Source: Candidatus Kaiserbacteria bacterium (lineage in GTDB: Bacteria; Patescibacteriota; Minisyncoccia; Phycocordibacterales; UBA2100). Taken from it: DNA of 64,000 nt. Each line of letters starts with the position of its first letter. Position 1 is the first letter of the stretch. The notes under the pieces are model-generated. The model saw only the letters and a list, made by a program, of their open reading frames with translations, had not been told where the DNA came from and did no database searches. The stretch lies in contig JAQBQU010000019.1 in NCBI GenBank assembly GCA_028286865.1, positions 6,930 through 70,929 of the forward strand, in the 5' to 3' direction. The position numbers and the translations under genes are program-made. Of the stretch, positions 11,703-19,209 are shown piece after piece.

Positions 11703-12176
11703 ATGAAAAATACGGAAGCAGCGTTCCATTGGATCATTGGCATTTTACAAAAACATGCCATCCCGTTTCAGATCACGGGCGGCTTTGCCGCACGCGTATA
11801 CGGAGCAACGCGTGAACTCGCTGACATAGATTTCGATATTCCCGAGGAAGGCATCGAAGCGATCATTCCCGACGTGAAGCCGTACATAATCTATGGTCCG
11901 ACACAGTACAAAGATGCACATTGGGACCTTCTCCTGCTTACGCTCTCGTATGAGGGGCAAGAAATTGATATGTCCGGCGCCTACAAGGGAAAGCAATTCG
12001 ATCAAACGACCGGGTCTTGGGTGGCTGCACCAGCGGACTTGTCCTCCCCGCATATGCAGGAGGTATATGGCGTTACGGTACCGGTGATACCCAAAGAAAG
12101 GCTCATTTCGTACAAGAAAAGACTTGGTCGAGAGGTCGATAGAGAGGATGTGCGATCGCTCGAAGCGCTGTCCTGA
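11703..12176 (+). CDS. Nucleotidyltransferase-fold protein (ANT(2'')/LinF-like small NTase)
   Basis: ITGGFAARVYGATRELADIDFDI pattern (G-G...D-x-D). The track start, TTG 11697, overlaps the upstream stop. I prefer the ATG at 11703. Confidence 0.45.
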   Translation: MKNTEAAFHWIIGILQKHAIPFQITGGFAARVYGATRELADIDFDIPEEGIEAIIPDVKPYIIYGPTQYKDAHWDLLLLTLSYEGQEIDMSGAYKGKQFDQTTGSWVAAPADLSSPHMQEVYGVTVPVIPKERLISYKKRLGREVDREDVRSLEALS

Positions 12177-12196
12177 TAGCGTGCTAGCATATCCGC

Positions 12197-13468
12197 ATGA
12201 ACAGGGTCGCGAACAAGCTCAAGTCATACTGGAAGATACTCGGTCCGGGACTCGTGACGGGTGCGGCGGATGACGATCCGTCGGGAATTGCCACCTACAG
12301 TCAGACAGGGGCACAGTACGGCCTCCAGCTCGTGTGGATGGCGCTCTTCACGCTGCCTCTGGCATATGTGGTCCAAGAGATATGCGCGCGGATCGGGATG
12401 GTGACCGGCGAGGGGCTCGGCGATAACATCCGCAAAACGTATGCCAGGCCGGTCGTGTATGCGTGTATGATCCTCCTCTTTGCCGCCAATACGTTCAACA
12501 TCGGAGCCGATATCTCTGCTATGGCGAGCGGAGTGCAGCTCCTGGTGCCACAGCTCAATACACTCGTGCTCATCTTTGCCTTCGCGCTTCTGTGTTTGTG
12601 GCTGCAGGTGTATCTTTCGTATCCGCTCTACTCGCGTTATCTCAAGATCTTGGCACTCGTTCTGCTTTCATACATTGTGACGGGATTTTTGGTGCATCTG
12701 AATTGGAAAGATGTCGCCTTCCACACCGTGGTGCCCGCACTCTCGTTCTCGAAAGACCAGATCATTCTCGTATGCGCCATCCTTGGTACCACGATCTCTC
12801 CGTATCTTTTCTTTTGGCAGTCATCGCAGGAAGTGGAGGAAGAAAAAGAGGAGGGCAGAGAAACGGTCGCACAGCGCAAAGGAGCCACCGCCAAAGAGCT
12901 CAAGGATATGCGCATCGACGTGGCCGCGGGCATGTTCATTTCCGAACTTGTGATGTTCTTCATCATTGCGGTATGTGCCGCCACACTTTTCGCTCACGGT
13001 GTCACCAATATCCAGACCGCCGCAGATGCCGCAAAAGCGCTTCGTCCGCTGGCAGGGGCATGGGCGGAACTCCTCTTCGCTGTCGGCATTATCGGTACAG
13101 GCTTGCTCTCGGTCCCGGTCCTGGCGGGTGCCTCGGCATACGCGATCGCGGAAGCATTTCGATGGAGAGAAGGGCTCGCAAAGAAATTCGGTCAGGCGCA
13201 GGGATTCTATATGGTGATCGTAGTGTCGATGCTCGCTGCGGTCGCGATCGATATCCTTGGTATCGATCCTATCAAAGCACTCTTGTATTCGGCGGTCGGC
13301 AACGGCATCGTGGCCCCCGTTGTGCTTTTTTTCATCATGCGAATCAGCAGCGACAAAAAGATCATGGGTACCAATGCCAATCGTCCGATGACACAGGTCG
13401 TCGGCTGGGGCATCACCGCTATCATGGCGGCCGCGAGCATTACAACGCTCATATTCCTTTTCGTATGA
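12197..13468 (+). CDS. mntH: NRAMP-family divalent metal transporter
   Basis: 423 aa. N-terminal GPGLVTGAADDDPSGIATYSQTGAQYG is the NRAMP signature, and the protein is polytopic. Confidence 0.85.
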   Translation: MNRVANKLKSYWKILGPGLVTGAADDDPSGIATYSQTGAQYGLQLVWMALFTLPLAYVVQEICARIGMVTGEGLGDNIRKTYARPVVYACMILLFAANTFNIGADISAMASGVQLLVPQLNTLVLIFAFALLCLWLQVYLSYPLYSRYLKILALVLLSYIVTGFLVHLNWKDVAFHTVVPALSFSKDQIILVCAILGTTISPYLFFWQSSQEVEEEKEEGRETVAQRKGATAKELKDMRIDVAAGMFISELVMFFIIAVCAATLFAHGVTNIQTAADAAKALRPLAGAWAELLFAVGIIGTGLLSVPVLAGASAYAIAEAFRWREGLAKKFGQAQGFYMVIVVSMLAAVAIDILGIDPIKALLYSAVGNGIVAPVVLFFIMRISSDKKIMGTNANRPMTQVVGWGITAIMAAASITTLIFLFV

Positions 13469-14115
13469 CCGTCGGCGACGTGTACGAAAAATACCGACTC
13501 CTGCCGATACTGAAGATGCATCAGCTGCGGGTCGCGGCGGTCGGCAAAACGATATGCGACCATTTCGACCGCGGGCTCGATACGCAATCGGTCGTCTTGG
13601 CGTGTTTGCTCCACGACATGGGCAATATCATAAAGTCGGACCTATCCGTCTTTCCGGCTGCTCTGGAGCCTCAGGGGCGCGACCATTGGGAGCAGGTAAA
13701 AAAGGAATTCATTGCTACCTATGGACCGGATGAGCATCAAGCGGCGCTTACCATTGCGCGCGAGATCGGAGCCTCTGAGGCGGTCATACGGCTCATGGAC
13801 GGGATCGGTTTCTCCAAGCTCGAAATCACACGCGACCATCCGCTTTTCGAACCAAAGATCGTGGAATACAGCGACTGCCGCGTGAGTCCGGCCGGCATCA
13901 CCGACATGACGGTCCGGCTCGAAGACGCCCGCGCTCGGTACGCGTACCAACCGACGGATATCCCCAGAACACCTGAGCGGTTCAATGAATTGCTCGGGGC
14001 AGCTCATGAAATAGAGATGCAGATATTCGCGCATACCGATATAACTCCGACGGAGCTGAGCGAAGAGGCGCTTGCCCCGTCCATCGCAGCGCTTCGCGAG
14101 TACAAAATCGCGTGA
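13465..14115 (+). CDS. HD-domain phosphohydrolase
   Basis: ATGA overlap with the NRAMP stop. VVLACLLHDMGNI carries the HD motif. The upstream 1 kb of the 550-aa track ORF is an alternate-frame shadow of mntH. Confidence 0.65.
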   Translation: MTVGDVYEKYRLLPILKMHQLRVAAVGKTICDHFDRGLDTQSVVLACLLHDMGNIIKSDLSVFPAALEPQGRDHWEQVKKEFIATYGPDEHQAALTIAREIGASEAVIRLMDGIGFSKLEITRDHPLFEPKIVEYSDCRVSPAGITDMTVRLEDARARYAYQPTDIPRTPERFNELLGAAHEIEMQIFAHTDITPTELSEEALAPSIAALREYKIA

Positions 14116-14167
14116 TAGTATCGGGATGCGATGCGGACTGTCCGCAGATGAGTTTCGGCACTCATTC

Positions 14168-14258
14168 GCCAACGTAAGCCCAAGGGCTTTCGTCGGCTTC
14201 GCTCGCAGAAAGGCAAGTAGAAGAGGGCATGCCAACGTAAGCTAAAGCTTTCGTCGGC
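14168..14258 (+). repeat. Two tandem hairpins (63-nt period) that mimic the tRNA-Thr acceptor stem
   Basis: 14168-14197 GCCAACGTAAGCCCAAGGGCTTTCGTCGGC and 14231-14258 GCCAACGTAAGCTAAAGCTTTCGTCGGC. The outer arms equal the acceptor strands GCCGACG/CGTCGGC of the tRNA at 14305 except for one base. Confidence 0.7.
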
Positions 14259-14304
14259 AGCGTTCGGGAAAAATGTGAACGAGTTCTCATTTTGTCCCTC
14301 ACTT

Positions 14305-14380
14305 GCCGACGTAGCTCAGTTGGTAGAGCACGTCCTTGGTAAGGACGAGGTCATCGGTTCAATCCCGATCGTCGGCTCCA
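14305..14380 (+). tRNA. tRNA-Thr (GGT), CCA encoded
   Basis: GCCGACG-TA-GCTC-AGTTGGTA-GAGC-A-CGTCC-TTGGTAA-GGACG-AGGTC-ATCGG-TTCAATC-CCGAT-CGTCGGC-T-CCA. Confidence 0.9.
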
Positions 14381-14994
14381 TGAAAAATCTCGCCCGTGGG
14401 CGCGGATATATTCTAAGCTTCACACTCGCATATATTGCGCTCTTTAGCGCCGGATTCATGTATGGCGGCAATTATGAATTCGCCATCTACACCGTTGTAA
14501 TGGTCGCCGCAACCTTGCTCGTGGCGCTCATCGCTCGCGATACTGAGATCCCCAACGGGTTCCTGTGGGCGCTCTCCGGGATGGGAATACTGCATATGCT
14601 TGGCGGCGGCGTACATATTCATGGCGAACGATTATACGCCTATCGTATCTGGGATCTGTACGAAAGCGGCGATCCGGGGCTCGTCGTACTTAAATATGAT
14701 CAGTTCATCCATTTGCTCGGCTATGCGGTCATTGCGGTTGCGATACATTACGTACTTCGCCGAACGATGCCGGGGCTCGATGCGATCGGTCGTGCGGTAC
14801 TTTCTATTCTTGCCGCTATGGCGATCGGATCGATCAACGAACTCGCAGAATTCTCGGCGGTGCTTCTGTTGCCGCGCACGGGAGTGGGGGATTATTTCAA
14901 TACGATGCTCGACCTCTCGTTCAATACGCTGGGCGCCGTGGCCGGGGTCGTCTTATACGAATCGTGGGTGCGTTTGAAAAAGTACTCCGAATAG
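14380..14994 (+). CDS. Hypothetical polytopic membrane protein
   Basis: The internal ATG at 14380 overlaps the last A of the tRNA's CCA. The upstream 35 codons of the track ORF (GTG 14275) are the translated tRNA gene. About 5 TM segments. Confidence 0.55.
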   Translation: MKNLARGRGYILSFTLAYIALFSAGFMYGGNYEFAIYTVVMVAATLLVALIARDTEIPNGFLWALSGMGILHMLGGGVHIHGERLYAYRIWDLYESGDPGLVVLKYDQFIHLLGYAVIAVAIHYVLRRTMPGLDAIGRAVLSILAAMAIGSINELAEFSAVLLLPRTGVGDYFNTMLDLSFNTLGAVAGVVLYESWVRLKKYSE

Positions 14995-15016
14995 CGTAGG
15001 ATTTGCAGCGTTAGTC

Positions 15017-15089
15017 GCCACCTTAGCTCAGCTGGTAGAGCAACTCATTCGTAATGAGTAGGTCCCCGGTTCAAATCCGGGAGGTGGCT
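15017..15089 (+). tRNA. tRNA-Thr (CGT)
   Basis: GCCACCT-TA-GCTC-AGCTGGTA-GAGC-A-ACTCA-TTCGTAA-TGAGT-AGGTC-CCCGG-TTCAAAT-CCGGG-AGGTGGC-T. Confidence 0.9.
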
Positions 15090-15110
15090 CACGAACGAAA
15101 TGAGTGAATT

Positions 15111-15140
15111 TTGCCACCTCCAAATCCCTTTTGCTATACT
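15111..15140 (+). promoter_or_regulatory. Sigma70-type promoter of prfB, predicting a leaderless transcript
   Basis: TTGCCA (15111-15116), 18-nt spacer, TATACT (15135-15140), then 6 nt to ATG 15147. Confidence 0.55.
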
Positions 15141-15146
15141 GCCAGC

Positions 15147-16028
15147 ATGCAAAAAGAGGCGATAGAGGCCCGTATAACCGAGATCGAAACGGCCATGGTT
15201 GAGGCAGATTTTTGGACCGATAAAGATAAGGCACAGACCATCCTCAAGGAATATCAGGACCTCAAGGTCAAACTTGAAGGCGGTGACACGCACGACAAAA
15301 GCGATGCGCTCGTTTCTATCATTTCGGGTGCCGGAGGCGACGATGCCGAGGATTTCTCACGCATCATATTTGATATGTATTCCAAGTACGTCGCATCGCG
15401 TGGCTGGAAGAGCGCGCTACTCTCATCGAATGAAAATTCCCTCGGCGGCTACCGCAGCGTCTCGTTCGAAGTCTCCGGCGCGGGCGCGTATGGCACGCTC
15501 AAGCGCGAAGCGGGTGTACACCGGCTCGTGCGCATGTCGCCCTTCAATTCTGCGGGCAAGCGCCAGACCTCATTTTCTCTCGTGGAAGTGCTGCCGAAGA
15601 TCCCCGACGCCGGAGAGATGCATATTCCCGATAAGGACCTCGAGATCGCGATCGCCCGATCCGGAGGTCCGGGAGGCCAGAACGTGAACAAGCGCGAGAC
15701 GGCCGTCCGCATGACCCACATACCCACGGGAGTCGCGGTACACGTGACCAGTGAGCGCTCACAGGCCCAGAACAAAGAAAAGGCGCTTGAGCTCATTCGC
15801 GGCAAGCTCTACAAAATGCGTGAAGCAGATGAGGCGCGTCAGGCCAAAGGACTTGCGATGGCATCGAATAGCAAGATCGAATGGGGAAGTCAGATACGTT
15901 CGTATGTACTGCATCCCTATCAGCTCGTGAAGGATCACCGCACCGAGCACGAGCGTCGCGACGTGGAAAAGGTGCTCGAAGGCGATATTCAGTCGTTCAT
16001 CGATGCGGAAAAAGGATTGCAGCAATAG
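15147..16028 (+). CDS. prfB: Peptide chain release factor 2 (short form, no programmed frameshift)
   Basis: SPF tripeptide (RMSPFNS), GGQ (SGGPGGQNVN) and a conserved C-terminus. Only about 60 aa precede the SGAGGDDAEDF motif. Confidence 0.9.
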   Translation: MQKEAIEARITEIETAMVEADFWTDKDKAQTILKEYQDLKVKLEGGDTHDKSDALVSIISGAGGDDAEDFSRIIFDMYSKYVASRGWKSALLSSNENSLGGYRSVSFEVSGAGAYGTLKREAGVHRLVRMSPFNSAGKRQTSFSLVEVLPKIPDAGEMHIPDKDLEIAIARSGGPGGQNVNKRETAVRMTHIPTGVAVHVTSERSQAQNKEKALELIRGKLYKMREADEARQAKGLAMASNSKIEWGSQIRSYVLHPYQLVKDHRTEHERRDVEKVLEGDIQSFIDAEKGLQQ

Positions 16029-16057
16029 GTGGCTCAATGCTTGTGTGGGGATAAGCA

Positions 16058-16086
16058 TTGACAAATCTACTTTTATAGTATATAAT
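16058..16086 (+). promoter_or_regulatory. Perfect consensus sigma70 promoter
   Basis: TTGACA (16058-16063), 17-nt spacer, TATAAT (16081-16086). Followed by a ~30-nt leader with AAGGAGG (16111-16117) before ATG 16123. Confidence 0.7.
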
Positions 16087-16122
16087 ATGCATAGTGGTGC
16101 ATTCCGCACCAAGGAGGATGTC

Positions 16123-16710
16123 ATGGATCGCAGAAAATTGTTTCTTCTCGCCGGTGCCGTTGGCATGGGCGGGGTGGCCTCGATGTTCGGACTGCGGGGA
16201 GCGAAAGCGCTCACGCTCGACGCTCATTCCGTCTTCGTGAATCACGTTCCGGTGCTCGTCTGGCCGACCGATCTTCGCTCTCAGTTTCGTGCCGGCGATC
16301 TTCAACTCTCGCCCAACGGGACCAATGGCGTCGGTGTCGGCGGTCACTTCTGGAACGAAGTGCCCGTGGTCGAAACGGCGCCGGGTGCGTACCACATGGT
16401 TCGTACGACGCTCATGCGCGATGCCTATGACAGCGAGATCCGCGACGAGATCGCAAACTCGCCGCTTCAGACACGCGACGCACATCTCGCGCATGCGGGG
16501 GCACTCGTCGCCGGACAGATGCAGGGTTATCGTGGGCACTTGCCCGTCGATAAGCCGGCGCTGTTCTATCTCGACGGCTCCGAGTCCGCGCTCCTGTTGC
16601 AGCTCGATCCGCGATGGCGCGAAAAAGGGATCCCGTTCTGGAACGCTCACATGTCCCGCAAGGACCGTGTTCGCTCCGTCGGCACCGAGATCTTCCGCCT
16701 CTACGCCTGA
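16123..16710 (+). CDS. Secreted protein of unknown function with a twin-arginine-like signal peptide
   Basis: MDRRKLFLLAGAVGMGGVASMFGLRGAKA N-terminus. Strong SD 5 nt upstream, and a terminator directly downstream. Confidence 0.6.
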   Translation: MDRRKLFLLAGAVGMGGVASMFGLRGAKALTLDAHSVFVNHVPVLVWPTDLRSQFRAGDLQLSPNGTNGVGVGGHFWNEVPVVETAPGAYHMVRTTLMRDAYDSEIRDEIANSPLQTRDAHLAHAGALVAGQMQGYRGHLPVDKPALFYLDGSESALLLQLDPRWREKGIPFWNAHMSRKDRVRSVGTEIFRLYA

Positions 16711-16733
16711 CGCGACCACACCAAAGAATTAAG

Positions 16734-16755
16734 CGCCGCAGTGATGCGGCGTTTT
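16734..16755 (+). terminator. Rho-independent terminator
   Basis: CGCCGCA-gtga-TGCGGCG followed by TTTT. Confidence 0.7.
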
Positions 16756-16776
16756 CCTTTTGATACACTACGGCTC

Positions 16777-17469
16777 ATGACCGTTCAGCAAAAACTCGTG
16801 AGCTGGCTCATCGATTACTGCTACATGCTCAGAGGATTTTTTGCGATGGAGATACACCGCATCCCGCCCGAGAGATATCGCGCAGGCATTCCCGGAAAGA
16901 CCGCAGCGGTTCTGATCCCGGGGATACTCGGTACCTGGGCGTTCATGAAAGATATCGGCGACCGGCTTTCGCTCGCGGGCCACGCGGTCTACACCGTACC
17001 TGCGCTCGGCAACAATATGTTGGATATCGCCTCATCCGCCAAGATCGTGCAGTCGCTGATCGAGCGCGAAAATATCCACGAGGCGGTCTTGGTGACACAC
17101 AGCAAAGGCGGCCTCATCGGAAAGCACCTGCTCGCACATCAAGGCGCGGGGTGTGTGCCCGGCATGGTCGCGATCGCGGCACCATTCTCCGGCTCACGTA
17201 TGGCACGGCTCGTTCCGCTTCGGGCATTTCGTGAACTCGATACCGAAAGCGCCGTCATTCATGAACTCGCAGAAGAGAGATCGGTGAATGACCGCATCAT
17301 CTCCATCATGCCGGAATATGACAATCATGTGTGGGCTGAACAGGGGAGCTATCTCGAAGGGGCACAGAACATCACCGTCGCGGTGCGCGGTCACCACAAG
17401 GTACTTTTCAGCCCGCAGGTATGGGACGCGGTCGTAAAGGCAGTGGAAGAGATCGCGTTGCGAAAGTGA
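16777..17469 (+). CDS. Alpha/beta hydrolase (lipase-like)
   Basis: Nucleophile elbow THSKGG. The track start at 16741 lies inside the terminator hairpin. ATG 16777 has TACACT 7 nt upstream. Confidence 0.55.
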   Translation: MTVQQKLVSWLIDYCYMLRGFFAMEIHRIPPERYRAGIPGKTAAVLIPGILGTWAFMKDIGDRLSLAGHAVYTVPALGNNMLDIASSAKIVQSLIERENIHEAVLVTHSKGGLIGKHLLAHQGAGCVPGMVAIAAPFSGSRMARLVPLRAFRELDTESAVIHELAEERSVNDRIISIMPEYDNHVWAEQGSYLEGAQNITVAVRGHHKVLFSPQVWDAVVKAVEEIALRK

Positions 17470-17585
17470 ACTTTCGCAATTCCCTCGCGCGGAGCTATAG
17501 GCAAAGCCTTGCTCCCGTCACTTGCGCCTTGCGAAAACAAGTTTTCCCAATTCGCTCATTAGGCGGTATAATCTAACCCGTTGCC

Positions 17586-18269
17586 ATGATCTACTTCGAC
17601 AAAGTCACTAAGATCTACTACGACGGCGCGCCACCAGCGGTTGCCGATATCAATCTCTCCATAGAACCGGGCGAATTCGTCTCCATCGTCGGACACTCCG
17701 GCGCGGGTAAGACCACGCTCCTCAAAATGCTTTTCGCCGAGGTCGTCCCTACGGAAGGGTCGGTCTATTTCGGCTCCCGTGAGATCTCCGAGCTCTCCAA
17801 GAACGATCTCTTGAAACTGCGCCGCAATATCGGCACGGTCTTCCAGGATTTCCGACTCCTTTCCACCAAAAATGTATATGAAAATATCGCCTTCGCGCTC
17901 GAAGTGGCGGGGAAAAGCGACGAGGACATTCAAGCCGATGTGCCGCATGTGCTCGACCTCGTGGGCCTCGCCGACAAGATCTGGAGTTTTCCCCATGAGC
18001 TTTCCGGGGGAGAACAGCAGCGCGTCGCCATTGCGCGCGCGATCGTGAATCAGCCCGATGTGCTTATCGCTGATGAGCCGACGGGGAACCTCGATCCCAT
18101 CAATACCCACGACGTCGTCGAGATCCTCAAGAAGATCAACGACCTCGGTACGACCGTGCTTCTTACGACCCACAACAAATCAGTAGTGGATTCCGCCGGG
18201 AGGCGCGTTGTCACGATGGATCAGGGGCGCATCGTGCGCGATGATAAACAGGGTAAATACGTACTGTAA
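17586..18269 (+). CDS. ftsE: Cell division ATP-binding protein FtsE
   Basis: Walker A (GHSGAGKTT), ABC signature (LSGGEQQR) and Walker B ([11 protein letters not shown]). ftsX follows. Confidence 0.9.
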   Translation: MIYFDKVTKIYYDGAPPAVADINLSIEPGEFVSIVGHSGAGKTTLLKMLFAEVVPTEGSVYFGSREISELSKNDLLKLRRNIGTVFQDFRLLSTKNVYENIAFALEVAGKSDEDIQADVPHVLDLVGLADKIWSFPHELSGGEQQRVAIARAIVNQPDVLIADEPTGNLDPINTHDVVEILKKINDLGTTVLLTTHNKSVVDSAGRRVVTMDQGRIVRDDKQGKYVL

Positions 18270-18278
18270 TATAGATAT

Positions 18279-19208
18279 ATGTCATTCTGGGTAACAAGTA
18301 AGAGAGTCGCGCGATACGGATTGGCCGGATTCGTCCGCAATGGGTTCGTGTCCCTCGCCGCGGTCCTTATCATGACCATCACGCTCTTCGTGGTCTCGGG
18401 GCTTATGATAGCCGGTGCGGCGCTCTCCTCGACCCTCACACAGCTCACCAATACCGTTGACGTCACGGTCTACTTCACGACCGACGCGACCCAGGACCAG
18501 ATCAACGACATACAGAACTCGCTCAAAGCACTCCCGGAGGTCGCATCGGTGGCCTACGTGAGCCGCGAGCAAGCATTGGCCGATTTCAAGACACGTCACC
18601 AGGACGATCAGCTCACGATGCAAGCGCTCGATGAGCTCGGAAGCAATCCGCTCGGCGCTGCCCTTGAGGTGCGCGCGAAGCAGACGAGTCAGTACGAGGC
18701 GATCGCACAATATCTCACGACCCAGCAATCCGCAGGGACGGGCTCGGGTGTTGCGATCGATAAAGTGAATTTCTACCAGAACAAAACAGCCATCGACCGT
18801 CTTACCAACATCATCGACACGTCGCGTCGCGTCGGCTTTGTGGTGGCGATCATCCTTGCGCTCTCATCGCTACTCATCTCGTTCAACACCATCCGCCTCG
18901 CCATCTACACCTCGCGCGATGAGATCGGGGTGATGAATCTCGTCGGTGCCGGACACTGGTACGTGCGCGGACCGTTCATGATCGCCGGAGTTCTCTACGG
19001 AGCGGTCGCGGGTATCGCGGTCTTACTTCTTTTGTATCCGATCACACTCTGGCTTGGGCCGGGATCGGAGCGCTTCCTGGGCACATTCAATGTGTTCAGA
19101 TACTACACGACTTCGTTCCCGGTCATCTTCCTGGTGATCATGGGCTCGGGGATCGCACTGGGGGCACTGTCGAGTTATTTAGCAGTTCGCAGATATCTAC
19201 GCGCATAA
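18279..19208 (+). CDS. ftsX: Cell division permease-like protein FtsX
   Basis: 309 aa: N-terminal TM, large periplasmic loop and a C-terminal 3-TM FtsX domain, downstream of ftsE. Confidence 0.85.
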   Translation: MSFWVTSKRVARYGLAGFVRNGFVSLAAVLIMTITLFVVSGLMIAGAALSSTLTQLTNTVDVTVYFTTDATQDQINDIQNSLKALPEVASVAYVSREQALADFKTRHQDDQLTMQALDELGSNPLGAALEVRAKQTSQYEAIAQYLTTQQSAGTGSGVAIDKVNFYQNKTAIDRLTNIIDTSRRVGFVVAIILALSSLLISFNTIRLAIYTSRDEIGVMNLVGAGHWYVRGPFMIAGVLYGAVAGIAVLLLLYPITLWLGPGSERFLGTFNVFRYYTTSFPVIFLVIMGSGIALGALSSYLAVRRYLRA

Positions 19209-19209
19209 T

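Noticed and set aside
12463-13464. N-terminal 334 codons of the 550-aa plus-strand ORF 12463..14115.
   Set aside because: This part is an alternate frame of the NRAMP transporter gene with an Arg/Gly/His-rich nonsense-like translation. The real gene is the HD-domain protein that starts at ATG 13465 in an ATGA overlap with the mntH stop.
14275-14379. 5' part of ORF 14275..14994, and ORF 10279..10506 (minus).
   Set aside because: The first translates straight through tRNA-Thr(GGT). The second covers the tRNA(CAT) gene and the intergenic hairpin element. Both are artefacts of long stop-free stretches.
15090-15146. Looked for the prfB +1 programmed frameshift (a short upstream frame ending in CTT TGA).
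   Set aside because: No such site exists. The 57 nt between tRNA-Thr and ATG 15147 contain a promoter, and the only upstream ATG (15100) opens an unrelated out-of-frame peptide. I therefore annotate the gene as a single uninterrupted ORF.
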